Of a DNA stretch of 64,000 bases, positions 11,917-24,639 are shown in pieces. How positions within the stretch are numbered: the first letter of the stretch is position 1; every line of letters begins with the position of its first letter. A model generated the notes under the pieces. The model saw only the letters and a program-made list of their open reading frames with translations. It was not told where the DNA came from and ran no database searches. The stretch is from Octopus sinensis (taxonomy: Eukaryota): contig NC_043000.1 in NCBI RefSeq assembly GCF_006345805.1, positions 124,806,001 through 124,870,000 on the forward strand, in the 5' to 3' direction. The position numbers and the translations under genes were made by a program.

Positions 11917-12364
11917 GTTAATCCAAACAAGAAAGCACAAAAAAAAACACAACAACGCGAGGACGTGGAACAAATATAGTATTATTGGACGCTCAGGAAA
12001 GAAGGAAAGAAGGGGGGTTTAACGTTTCGAGCGGAGTTCTTCGTCGGAAACATAGGAGAAGGAAAGATCCAGAGAAGGGAAGACAGAGGAAAAAAATCGC
12101 CAACGGTACACACGAGGTCACATTTTGGAGTCAGGCATGTTGAGAAGTGGTGAATGTCTGTGTAGGTGTAAGTGGTGGCGACACAAGTTGAAAAATGGAG
12201 GTAGAAGAAGAAAGGTAAAAAAGGACAAGGAAAAATTACGAGGAAAAAGTGGAAGAGTCACGGACAAATTTTTTTGATTTCCAATCACGATTTCAGTGGC
12301 GTACTCCGGAAGAATGGTAACAGTAATCCGTAGGTGTAAAAGTCCAGGAATTGGTATCCAAGGC
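11917..12364 (-). mobile_element. family-A hammerhead element copy 3 with about 250 bp of extra 5' sequence
   Basis: Homologous to 8885-9105 and 9133-9330; ends in (TA)n; continues upstream into a pyrimidine-rich unique segment. Confidence 0.75.
12017..12053 (-). ncRNA. minimal hammerhead ribozyme, family A copy 3
   Basis: Minus strand GTTT-CCGACGA-A-GAAC TCC GCTC-GAAAC-GTT-AAAC. Stem I GTTT/AAAC; palindromic AACGTT replaces stem III. Confidence 0.7.
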
Positions 12365-12799
12365 ACTCATATATTTATATATGCACAAGAATTCGAAGAT
12401 GGTGAGCTGGCAGAATCATTAGCATCACAAGCAAAACATTTAACACCAATTCTTTCAGCTCTTTACATCCTGAGTTCAAACTCCATCAATGCTGATTTTA
12501 CCATTCATCATTTCGGAGTCAATATAATAAGTATCATTTGATCATAGAAGTCATTGTAATTGACTAACGCCCATCCTCTCAAAATTGCTGGCCTTGTACC
12601 AAAATTAGAAAGAATTATTGGTAGAAGAATTCTAATATAGAGATACATCAACCTGACTGGAAAGAAAATATATATAATTATTTATTGACTTGGAAATAAT
12701 TCTTCAGCTTATGATGAAAAAATATTTTTAGTGGTTAAGTATTATAAATGAGAAGTGGATAAATATATATGTATACACACATATTATATATATATATAT

Positions 12800-13305
12800 A
12801 TATATCGAACCAAATCAAAATAGATGAACATCAATGGAATTTGTATCCTTGTGGTACCAGTGCCGGTGGCACATAAGAAAACCATCCGAACGTGATCGTA
12901 GCCAGTACCGCAACGACTGGCCTCCGTGCTGAGGGCACATAACAAACACCATCCGAGCGTGGCCGTCCGCCAGCCCCGTCTGGCACCTGTGTCGGTGACA
13001 CATAAGAAAACACCATCCGAGCGTGGCCGTCAGCCAGCCTCGTCTGGCACCTGTGTCGGTGGCACATAAAAAACACCATCCGAGCGTGGCCGTCTGCCAG
13101 CCTCGTCTGGCACCTGTGTCGGTGGCACATAAAATCACCCACTACACTCTCGGAGTGGTTGGCGTTAGGAAGGGCATCCAGCTGTAGAAACACTGCCAGA
13201 TCTGACTGGCCTGGTGCAGCCTTCGGGCTTGCCAGACCCCAGTTGAACCGTCCAACCCATGCTAGCATGGAAAGCGGACGTTAAACGATGATGATGATGA
13301 TGATG
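12800..13305 (+). mobile_element. S3 RTE-derived repeat with three ~63-bp tandem units
   Basis: Units CACCATCCGAGCGTGGCCGT..GGCACATAA at 12947, 13011, 13074; (GAT)n tail. Confidence 0.85.
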
Positions 13306-13554
13306 ATATATATATACATATGTATATGTCCACACATATATTATATATATATGTATATACATATATATATATATCCACACATTATATATAGACACACATA
13401 TTATACACACACACACATATATACATACATTATCATCATCATCATCATCATTTAAGGTCCGTTTTCCATGCTAGCGTGGGTTGTGGTTGGGTTATGTAAT
13501 AGATTCCTATTGTTTAAGTTATTGATTATGTTAATGCCATTGTAATATTTCTAG

Positions 13555-13623
13555 ACAGAATTAACAAGTGAGAAAAAGGATCACTTCTACAAGACCCTAT
13601 TAAGGACTGCTCGAGAAATGAAT
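13555..13623 (+). CDS. candidate exon (TELTSEKKDHFYKTLLRTAREMN), phase 0-0
   Basis: Acceptor ATATTTCTAG|, 69 nt open frame, donor AAT|GTCAGA; phase matches the 7630-7739 exon. Confidence 0.5.
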
Positions 13624-13966
13624 GTCAGAAACAATTATTACAAAAATTTTAATCACAGTTGTAATTAAAAAAAACAAACAAAACAAAACAATCTATTAAT
13701 TTATATTTTACTGTGTTTTTTTTAGTTGTTTCAGTCTAATTTGACTGCAGCCATACTAGGACACGCCCTTGAACCTTTAGTTGGATGAATCAACCCCAGT
13801 ACTCATTTTCTAAGCCTGGCACTTATTTTATCTGTCACTTTTGCTGAACCACCAAGTTACAGGGATGCAAACACAACAATATCGATTGTGAAGCAGTGGT
13901 GAGGACACAAACAGTCACAAAGATGCACACACATATGTATATGTGTATACATACACACACACATAT

Positions 13967-14133
13967 AAAAGCTTTTTTTATTCTCTCTTTGTTTATTTCC
14001 TTGTGTTCCTTTCTGCTGAAGAGCGTAGGCTCGAAATGTAAATAACTTTCTCACCTTCCTGCGCATCAAACTATTACACTTGTTTGTTGTTTATACACCT
14101 GTCTTTGTCTTTTCTTTTTCTATAAATTCCAAC
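13967..14133 (+). mobile_element. family-B hammerhead mini-element inside the microsatellite of an S1 SINE
   Basis: Homologous to 32525-32704; flanked by (CA)n/(TA)n; S1 3' half at 13720-13965. Confidence 0.75.
14009..14044 (+). ncRNA. minimal hammerhead ribozyme, family B copy 1
   Basis: CTTT-CTGCTGA-A-GAGC GTAG GCTC-GAAAT-GTA-AATA. Confidence 0.6.
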
Positions 14134-14166
<33 letters not shown>

Positions 14167-14190
14167 ATATATATGTATATATATATATAG

Positions 14191-14512
14191 GTGACCAAGT
14201 TAGTCTCTGTTATCTTGGAGATCAAGTTAGGCTTCCATTATCTAGTTGACCAAGTTAGTAGTGGATGTGGATGCTCTGAGAGCATAGCTGTAAGAATAAG
14301 ATTAGACTGGGCAAAGTTCAGAGAGTTCCTACCTCTGCTGGTAACAAAGGGCCTCTCACTCAGAGTTAAAGGCAGATTGTATGATGCCTGTGTGTGACCA
14401 GCTATGCTACATGCCAGTGAAACATGGGCTGTGACAGCCGCGGACATGTGTAGGCTTGAAAGAAATGAAGCTAGTATGCTTCACTGGATGTGCAATGTCA
14501 ATGTGCTTGCAC
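14191..14512 (+). mobile_element. RTE LINE RT fragment
   Basis: RIRLDWAKFREFLPLLVTKGLSLRVKGRLYDACV..MLHASETWAVTAADM..LERNEASMLHWMCNV. Confidence 0.85.
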
Positions 14513-15117
14513 ACACACACACACACAAACGTATACACACACATGTATGAATATGTGTGTATGTATATACATACACACACTCACTCGCAAACGCACACAC
14601 ACACATGTACGAATATGTGTGTATACACACAAACACATACACATGTACAAATATGTGTGTATGTGTATACACACACACATGCACACACACACACACACAA
14701 ACTCTCACACATGTACAAATATGTGTGTATGTGTATACACACATAAACACACAAGTTCACATACATGTGTATGTATATGTGCATATATGTATACACACAT
14801 GCAAACACACAAGTGGAGGCATGTAACTTAGTGGCTAAGGGGTTAAATTCCTGATTGTACAATTGTAGTAGCAATTCCTGGACTGAGCAATGTGTTGTAT
14901 TCTTGGGCAAAACACTTCATTTTATGTTGCTCCAATTCATTCAGTTGGCATAAATGTAATTCTGTAAAGGACTAGCATCCTATCCAGTAAGGTAATATAT
15001 ACACCACAGAAACCAGGAAACCAACATAATGAATCCATATTACACAGAAAAGAGCTTTATCATTTATATATATATATACATATATATATATACGTACATA
15101 TATATATATATATATAT

Positions 15118-16065
15118 GGCTTCTGTGCCGGTGGCACATAAAAAGCACCATCCAAACGTGGCTGATGCCAGCGCCGCTTCGACTGGCTTCTGTGCCGGTG
15201 GCACGTTAAAAGCACCAACCGATCGTGGCCGATGCCAGACTCCCCTGGCACCTGTGCCGGCGCGTAAAAAGCACCCACTACACTCGCGGAGTGGTTGGTG
15301 TTAGGAAGGGCATCCAGCTGTAGAAACACTGCCAGATCAGACTGGAGCCTGGTGCAGCTCCTGGCTTCCCAGACCCTGGTCTAACCGTCCAACCCGTGCT
15401 AGCGCGGAAAACGGACGTTAAACGATGATGATGATGATGATGATGTTGATATATATATGTATATATATATACATGCATACATTAGGTGGTGAAGCATGAC
15501 CTTTGGATGATGGGCCTCACAGAGGCAATGACAAAAGACTGAAACCTCTGGAGATATGCTGTGACTGAGAAGACCCGGCAAATAAAATGAGTCCACAGCT
15601 GTAACCTACACCAGTGTCGCATAACCAGCCCACTCAAAAGTACCTTGTATTGTAGGGCGACATGCTGTGCTTGAGGAGACCTATTGAGTCAAGTATATCA
15701 ACATCAACAGCAATATCAAAATTAAATCAAATGGAAATTGTAGTTGTGAACCTTGTGCTGGTAGCATGTAAAAAGCACCATCCGAACGTGGCTGATGCCA
15801 GTGCTGCTTTCACTGGCTTCTGTGCTAGTGGAACATAAAAAGCACCATCTGATCATGGTTGATGCCAGCTCCTATGGCCCCTGTGCTGGTGGCATGTAAA
15901 AAGCATCCACTACACTCTCGGAGTGATTGGCATTAGGAAGGGCATCCAGCTGTAGAAACGCTGCCAGATCAGATTGGGGCCTTGTGCAGCCTCCTGGTTT
16001 CCCAAACCCTAGTCAAACTGTCCAACGCATGCCAGCATGAAAAACAGACGTTAAACGATGATGAT
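15118..16065 (+). mobile_element. two tandem S3/RTE 3' ends
   Basis: (GAT)n tails near 15425 and 16057; the second begins with the RTE ORF end at 15480. Confidence 0.8.
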
Positions 16066-16189
16066 TAATAGTTTCATATGTTGAGAAATACCTCAAACAT
16101 ATTCATCAGGTAGAAACCACGTATTATAATGAACTAAAAATTGAATGAGAGAAGAAACATGAAAAGTTGAGAAGGAAGTATATGAAAAA

Positions 16190-16745
16190 ATGCAGAAGGT
16201 TAAAAAGCTGCTAAGTTGGCAAGCCACGTATGGAGCTTAAAATCTAATGCAACACAACATGTGATTAAGTGGAAAATAATTGAAAAATCCACACCTGATG
16301 TTAATAGATCAAATAAATGTAAGCTAAATTTGACAAAGGTTGTCTCAGTGATGATTGAATTTTACTTTTATGGTATTATATTGTGCTTGGCTGTTTATAT
16401 TAAATTTTTGTATACTCCTTTGCATTCATAGATTTCTATGGTAAATACATATATGCTGACTGAAGGAATTAGCCAACACCAGCCGATTGGGTTGTTCTCA
16501 CTGAAAAAGCATACGGAAATATGCGAAACTAGACGTCTAGTCTGAGAGATTCTCAGTTCGGTCATGGAACAGGTTCTTCCCCTGTCAGCGTGTGTGTATA
16601 CATTTGTGCTCTTCCTACATCACAAAGAGTATTTTACTCCAATTTCTAGCAATGTAGGTGTCTTGGCATCATTAGTCACATTTAGTGACAATTGAATTTT
16701 TCCTTTATGGTATTATATTGCACTTGGCTATATATATATATATAG
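16190..16745 (+). mobile_element. old PLE relic (GIY-YIG C-terminus + pseudo-LTR with hammerhead)
   Basis: LASHVWSLKSNATQHVIKWKIIEKSTPDVNRSNKCKLNLT resembles the PLE endonuclease C-terminus; ~50-bp direct repeat at 16347-16400 and 16685-16740. Confidence 0.65.
16495..16548 (+). ncRNA. near-intact type I hammerhead ribozyme (family C)
   Basis: TTCTCA-CTGAAAA-A-GCATA CGGAAA TATGC-GAAAC-TAG ACGT CTA-GTC|TGAGAG. All three stems pair, the cleavage triplet is GUC, and there is one core substitution (G8>A). Confidence 0.8.
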
Positions 16746-17537
16746 CTAATTGTATGTTTGTCTTACTGCCAAACCAGCTCTAGCACTGTGCTACATACTG
16801 TCAAGGAGTTTTAAGCTGAATGATAGAGAATGTCATGGAAATGAAACTGTAATATAGTTTATGAGGGTATTTCCTAGCTTATGAATGTATGAATGTTAGA
16901 AGAGGAAGTTGAGAAACTATATGTTAAATTTAGTTAGGAGAGAGAAAGTAGCAGGAGGTATGGCAATGTATAATAAATACCATAAGGCTGACAAACTAAA
17001 TATTCATTTCAGAGAAATGTATTGGAAATAATTTGGGTTTTCTGCTTTTCTTTCAGAGTTATTGAAAAGGAGACAAATAATTATCATTATTAGAGTTTAA
17101 TGGACGAGGGGAAAATCATGAGATTGGGAAGATTAATTCTTGGTAGAGCCTGTAGAAAGCTCAAACTGTGAAGATCAGTAAAGCAAGGGTGAATAAAACA
17201 ATTGAGAAGATTTAGTGAAAGCTGTATGTTCATCAAGGGTAGTTGCAAAGACAATTATGTAATCTACGGATGAGCTGTTGCTGTTATTGATTGTGTGGCC
17301 CTATAATCAAAGGTGTTTCAGCCATGATCACTGTGGTTTGGTGGAGGTTTGACATCTTTTTCTAGCAGGTCAAATGACTCTCAGTGATTTAAGAGGCTTC
17401 CACTTTGGAAATGTAAGTAAACACCTACACATCTGAAAACAACATAGGAAAAATAAAGGAAAAGAAAAACAATACAAAACAAAATATGTTAATGTTTAGG
17501 GTGTTAATGATATATATCTATGATATCTATCTATACA

Positions 17538-17573
<36 letters not shown>

Positions 17574-17739
17574 TTTACACACACACACAAAAATACATAT
17601 GTAGACATATATATGTATATATACCTATATACATATATGATGATGAAGAAGATGGTGATGATGATGATGATATATATATATATAAAAATATAAATATATA
17701 CATACATATATATATATATATGCATGTGTGTGTGTACGT

Positions 17740-18690
17740 ATCATCATCATCGTCATCATTCAATGTCTGTTGTCGATGCTGGAATGGGTTGGATAGTTTG
17801 ACCAGAGCTGGCAAGCTGGGGAACAGCACCAGACTGCAGTCTGATTTGGCATGGTTTCTATGGCTGGATGCCCTTCCAAACATCAACCACCTTACAGAGT
17901 GTGCTGGGTGCTTTTACCTGACACCACATAGGAACTTTTATGCATCACTGCACAGGCACTTTTATGTGAGATCACACAGGTGCTTTTATGTGGCACCACC
18001 ACAAGTGCGTTTCACCATCAGAGAGACCAGTTTTAACACTTCTGCTATGGAGTACAGGTCTTCTTGCGTATAACAAGGTCCCGGGCATCTTGGTCCTTTG
18101 TCATCTCGCCTGAAAGGTTCAGCATCCTGAAGTCATTCTTCAGTACTTCATCCCATGTCTTCCTAGGTCTCCCACCTCCACATGTTCCATCTACTTTGAG
18201 AGATCAGCACTTCTCTATGGAGCTGTTGGCATCCATCCATCCACATCACATGACCAAACCAATGCAGTCTTCTCTCTTGCACATAGCAACAAATTCCTCT
18301 TATGCCTGACTTCTCTCAAAACGCACTCTGTCAAACATGTGCACTTGCATTACACATCCAGCAGAGTATACTAGCCTCATTCCTTTCTAACCTTTGCATG
18401 TCCTCTGCATTCAGAGCCCTTGTCTCACTACCATGTAGAATTGCTATCTGTACACATGCCTCATATAATCTTCCTTTCACTTGGAGAGAGAAGCCTTTAG
18501 TGGCCAACAGAGGTAACAGCTCTCTGAATTTCCTCCATCCCATTCTTATTCTAAGTAGCACACCCTGTGTGCATCCTCTCTCACTACTACTTTGGTCTCC
18601 TAGGTAGCAGAAATTATCTTCTATCTCTAATGAGCTACCAGGGCATTTAAGAGAATCAGTTTCCAAAGTCTCTGTTGTTTTTGTTGATTC
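17740..18690 (-). mobile_element. 5'-truncated RTE LINE (RT C-terminus + 3' UTR + tail)
   Basis: ORF 18331-18666: FCYLGDQ..RIRMGWRKFRELLPLLATKGFSLQVKGRLYEACV..LHGSET; S3-type 3' end with (GAT)n. Confidence 0.88.
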
Positions 18691-19333
18691 TGTGCATCTT
18701 CCACATATGAAAACTATCTTTTCTGATAACCTTATTAATCCACTGCACTTCTTGTGTGTCCATAGCTTGCAATGGGTACACTATATGGAGTTCCTGCCTA
18801 CACTTTTCCTACAAATCGAACATGGTCGCCTATTCGAGGGAAGGGTCCTCCTTTGTGAAGGTACATGGTTGAGTGGTTATGATATTGTACTCATGATCAT
18901 AAGATTGTGGTTTCGATTCCTGGACCAAGCAGTGCAATGGGTTCTTGAGATATCATTTGGCCCAGTCCACTCAGTATGTGCATCCCATGCAGGGCAGAGA
19001 AGTGGGGTATATATGTCACAAAATCTGGGACCTTTGAACTCTTTTTGTTTTGTTTATTATTGATTTTGTTCTATTTAATTCATTAAATTAAAGTAATTTC
19101 TATATCTATACATATATATATATCAGCCGCCAACACTTTTTTCTGCAAATAGGGGTAGCTTATCCTGTTCAGGCTATATTATTAGCATTATCCTGCGTTT
19201 GAGAATTTAAAATTACTTCTTTAAATTTCTAAGACATCTCAATGCTTCTAAAGCAAACTTTGTTTACATTCATCATAATTTGAATTTATACACACACACA
19301 CACAGACACATATATATGTATATATATATATAC

Positions 19334-19366
<33 letters not shown>

Positions 19367-19427
19367 TATATACATATATGATGATGAAGATGATGATCAT
19401 GACGATATATATATATAAATATATATA

Positions 19428-19792
19428 GTGGCACGTAAAAAGTACCATCCGTTCGTGGCCGTTGCCAGCGCCGCCCCGACTGGCCTCGTGCCTAAGGCAC
19501 GTAAAAAGCACCATCCGTTCGTCGCCGTTGCCAGCCTCGCCTGGCCCCCGTGCTGGTGGCACATAAAAGCACCATCCGATCGTGGCCGTTTGCCAGACTC
19601 GTCTGGCACCTGTGCCGGTGGCACGTAAAAAGCACACACTACACTCATGGAGTGGTTGGCGTTAGGAAGGGCATCCAGCCGTAGAAACTTTGCCAGATCA
19701 AACTGGGCCTGGTGCAGCCTTCTGGCTTCCCAGACCCCAGTTGAACCATCCAACCCATGCTAGCATGGAAAGCGGATGCTAAACGATGATGA
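19428..19792 (+). mobile_element. S3 RTE-derived repeat
   Basis: Tandem GGCACGTAAAAAGCACCATCCG units and (GAT)n tail. Confidence 0.8.
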
Positions 19793-19957
19793 TATATATG
19801 TATGTATACACACACATACGTACATACATATACATATAGTCCCAGTCAATGAACTCCATTTCCTTCATCTTTGGTTCCTTGCTCAGCCTCTTTCATAGAC
19901 ACATGAACATGAAAATACACTTTGAAATATTGCATCTATTTATTTATAAATTCCAAG

Positions 19958-20019
19958 AGTTAATATCTGATTCTGAAGCAGATGAAATGGGGATCCTACA
20001 GCATTTTCACAACAAATTT
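19958..20019 (+). CDS. candidate exon (ELISDSEADEMGILQHFHNKF)
   Basis: AG at 19957 or 19959, open frame, donor TTT|GTAACT; protein-like. Confidence 0.35.
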
Positions 20020-20124
20020 GTAACTTGCATTATTAAGTATAGCAAACATATATATAAATAAGAAGAAAGACATGCTTACTGATAACCAGAAAAATGTAAG
20101 AAATGTGTTGTGAAATAGAAGGAG

Positions 20125-20196
<72 letters not shown>

Positions 20197-20201
20197 GAGA
20201 A

Positions 20202-20232
<31 letters not shown>

Positions 20233-21169
20233 GGGAGAGAGAGAGAGAGGGAGAGAATGAGAAAGAGAGAGAGAGGAGAGAGAGAGAGAGAGGGGAGGAA
20301 TGATATAAAATACACTAAGAAAATAAGTATTAGGTAAAGAATGATAGAAATTCTGTGAGAGAAAGCAACAAAGAGAATTTTGATTAATAGAAAATCTTAT
20401 TTATTCATCGAGAATTTGTTGAGTAAAAAAAGTGATGCGAGTTCTAAGATTAGTTTGTCCTTTCCTTAGATGGACTTAGCACTTAAAAGAAAAAATTACT
20501 GTGTTTACTGCACATGATGTCATAAAAAGAAAAAAAGGACACATCAGGTGCATGCACACACTTTTCTGAACTATTGAAGTCACCTGACTGCTGTTACTGT
20601 TGCCATCACATGAGTGATATTGCTGTTGTTGTCGTCACTAAACTGCAATTACAGTTGCGATCACAAGATTCTTGATGCAGTTGCAGTCACAAGACTGTAA
20701 TTACAGCAAAAGTCACAAGACAGGATTTGAAACCTGATTGAATTGCTTCAGGCTAAAAATTTGGCGCTTCCTTATAGAGATGTTGTTCACAAAACTTGAT
20801 GCCATCAAAGTGTGGATGTGATAGAATCCAGAACTCTCTAAAGAATTAACTCTTCTAATGCTGCAACATTGAAAATAAAATTATTTTACTATTAGGATTT
20901 CAATGATTAGTATAAAACAATACTCAAAGTTGTTGATTACTTTAATATAATTAAAGAGAGCATCAAATTATTTTTGAAAAATTAATGCCTACAATATTAT
21001 TGGTTTAAAATTTCAGCACAAAACCAGTAATTTTTGGGAGCAGGTAGGTCAATTACACTTGTCCCAGTGTTCAACTGGTGCTTATTTTATCGACCCCAAA
21101 AGGATCACAGGCAAAGTCAACCTTAGTAGAATTTGAACTCAGAATGTAAAGATGAATGTAATGTCTACA

Positions 21170-21835
21170 ATCATCACCATCATCATCATCGTTTAACGTC
21201 TGCTTTCCATGCTTTCCAAACGATTTGACAGAGGACTGGCGAACTAGATGGCTGCGCCAGGCACTAATCTGATCTGGTAGAGTTTCTACAGCTAGATGCC
21301 CTTCCTAACGCCAACCACTATGAGAGTGTAGTGGGTGCTTTTATGTGCCACCGTCATGAGGGCCAGTCAGGCAGTACTGGCAATGGCCATGCTTGAAAAT
21401 AATGTTTTTTATGTACCACCTGCACAGGAGTCAGTTCAGTGACACTGGCAATGACCACGCTCGAATGTTGTGTTCATGTGCCAGTAAGGCGACGCTGGTA
21501 ATGATCATGCTCAAATGGTGCTTTTTACGTGCCCAACGGCACAGAAGCCAGACAGCTGCTCTGGCAGTGATCCTACTTGGATGGAGCTGTTAGCGCTCCA
21601 CTGGCACAGGTGCCAGTCATCGAATTTGGTTCAATTTCAATTTCACTTGTCCCAACGGATCTTCACAAGCAGAGTTTAGTGTCCAATGAAGGGAAGTTGG
21701 CATGGGTGCCAGTCCTCACATTTGGTTCGATTTCGAATTCAATTTCAATATCACTTGCCTCAACAGGTCTTCGCAAGCAGAGTTTCATGTCCAAAGAAGG
21801 AAAAGTATGCATAAGTGGGCTGGCTACATCCATAT
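21170..21835 (-). mobile_element. RTE 3' UTR / S3 element
   Basis: (CAT)n tail at the left; homologous to 59000-59785. Confidence 0.8.
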
Positions 21836-22559
21836 TACAAAATATTTATTAGCTGCTGTCATTATTTAACTCAAACAAATATAATTAAAATGTTTCCAGT
21901 TATGACCATCCTACCTTTTTTCTAAACAGAGTATCAAGAACTATTTCTATTTATTTCTAAGATTGGGTGTGATTTGAGGGAGATTTGGCAGTTATTTCCA
22001 AGAAGTTGGACTGTCATGTATTAACTCCTTCATTGGTTTATTTTAGGATGGTGTCATAGAGTGAAAGTATGTAATCTGAAGCCAAGACTTGGTATCCATT
22101 GCCATTTATAGCAATTATAATTTTATTTACGTTACTAAGTCTCCCAAGAAAGGTTTAAACATCACACAATCTTTTTTTTCCTTTGAATCTATGGCCTTGT
22201 GCCTTTTGAAAAACTATTATCTTTCATAATCTGACATCTGAGAGAAATATCCTGTTTTTATGTTAAATATATTTTCAGTTACCACAAAACATAAATAGAT
22301 GGCAAGACCAATTCAGAAATAATTGGAATCAATGATAGGATCTGTCTTCTAAAAATGACAGTTCTTCTGAGAATTAAGTAAGTCTCCTATTTTAGATGAG
22401 GAACTGACAAAAGGTGAGAACAATCTTAAAACTACTTCCATGCTATTTTTTAAAAATTTCTTGTAGAAAGTGTAATTTGAAATAAATATAGCCATGATGG
22501 CTTCACTCAAAAATGAAATCGGTTTTTCTCTATATAATTAGAGCTAAAATAATGGGCAG

Positions 22560-22592
<33 letters not shown>

Positions 22593-24223
22593 ACATATAT
22601 ACATATATATGCATATACATAAGTACATATACATATATATACTTACATACATATATATACTTACATACATACGTACATACATGCGTGCATACATACATAC
22701 ATATATGCATACATGTGTGCATACATACATACATACACACACACACATATATATATATATAAATTATAATAAAATAAAAGGAAATGAAATACATAAAAAA
22801 ATTATTTTCCGACTGTTGCAAATTGCTTGGTATGTAACGGTCAATTTAGAAAATGCTAGCTTGATATGCAGCACTTAACTAAAATTGATTATGAGGTTGT
22901 TGACCTGCAGTTAGCCTCCTCCAACCATAAGCAGCTAATGAAATACTGGATCTTTTATAATTTACTTGTTTCATTCATTTGACTGAGTCCATGCTGGAGC
23001 ACTGTCTTGAAGAAATTTTAGTCAAATGAAACAACTCCCCCCCAATACTTATTATTTGTTAAGCCTGGTACTTATTCTAATGGTCTCTTTTGCCAAGCTG
23101 CCAGATTACAGGGTTGTAAACACATCAATACCACACACAGACATGAAGATACATACACACACACATAATGGGCATTCTTCAGTTTCCATCTACCAAATCC
23201 ACTCACAAAGCTTTGGTCAACTGATGGCTGTAGTAGAAGACACTTGTCCAAGGTGCCATGCAGTGAGACTGAACCTGGGACCATGTGATTGGGAAGCTAG
23301 CTTCTTGCTACACAGCCATGCCTGTGCCTATAAAACCATGTCTTTGCCCACAAACTGATTTTTAAAAGATATGATATTGTTGCTATTATGTGTTGTAAGT
23401 CCAAAATGTTGCTTTTTCAAAAACGGAAAAAATAGTTCCACCATTCCATAGCAAAACCGTTGTACTACACTTTGACAAATTTTGATATCTAGGCACAAGG
23501 CACGAAATTTTTGCAGAGGGGGCCAGTTGATTAGATTGACTCCAGTATGCAACTGGTACTCAATTTATTGACCCTGAAAGGATAAAAGGCAAAGTTGACC
23601 TCGGTGGAATTTGACCTCAGAAAGTAAAGACAGACGAACTATCACTAAGCATTTTGCCCAGCGTGCTAATGTTTCTGCTAGCACCTGACTCCACAGGATG
23701 CCTGGAACCACTCCTGGTTCTATGATACAAACTCTCTGTTTTAGTGATTTGAATTAAAACATTTGCATCAAAATTTCATGCTAATTTATGTTCTGAACAA
23801 CAGCTTAATAATGATATTTATTTTATTTCAGTATTTCCAAAAATAACTGAAACAAAGTCTGTATATTGCAGCAGAAATATAGTGATGAAAGGGTCTCTGC
23901 TTTACCCATTGCTTTTACTCTTTCATGGCTATATTCATAATGAAATGCAGCTTTGTGTTCATGTTAATTTTAAAAAGAATCAAGAAGCCACTGACATTTG
24001 CTTTTACATTTATTTCTATACTAAACTGTTGTTTGGAATATCATTTATAAAAAGATAAACAAAACATTTCTTACATGAAGTTATGCTAATGCAGTGTTTT
24101 AATTTGAATATAAAAACTTTAAAACAGGAAAACTTTGTATCAGAATCCGTGCAGGTCTCAGGTGATTGGTATCGAGAGGGTTAAAGAGCAAAGAAGACGG
24201 CTTGATATGAAAATGAAAAAAAT

Positions 24224-24278
<55 letters not shown>

Positions 24279-24314
24279 GCGAGAGAGGGAGAGAGAGAGG
24301 GAAGGAAAGCGAGA

Positions 24315-24391
<77 letters not shown>

Positions 24392-24570
24392 TGCTTTCTG
24401 AAATCTTTGTATATATTTCTTCAAATTTTCCTGAATTTTATAAATGCATATTTTGTAAGAAGAGTCTTCACAGTATGAGACGAAGTAAAAACAAAATGTT
24501 TAGTCAAATGACATATTTTAAGGTCGACACTGTAATTTCTTTCTTTCTTTCTTTGTAACTTCCTGTTCAG

Positions 24571-24603
24571 GTAAATTAACTGTGTATTCATTTTCACCAA
24601 AAG
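24571..24603 (+). CDS. candidate 33-nt exon (GKLTVYSFSPK) with an alternative donor at 24631
   Basis: Long polypyrimidine tract ending TCCTGTTCAG|; donors AAG|GTAAGA (24604) and GTG|GTAAGT (24632). Confidence 0.35.
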
Positions 24604-24639
24604 GTAAGATATCTGCATCTACTCTGATGTGGTAAGTTC

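Noticed and set aside
12947-13140. Conserved AAAAGCACCATCCG motif with semi-variable intervals as CRISPR-like
   Set aside because: The intervals are homologous to each other, so this is a minisatellite of a dispersed retro-repeat.
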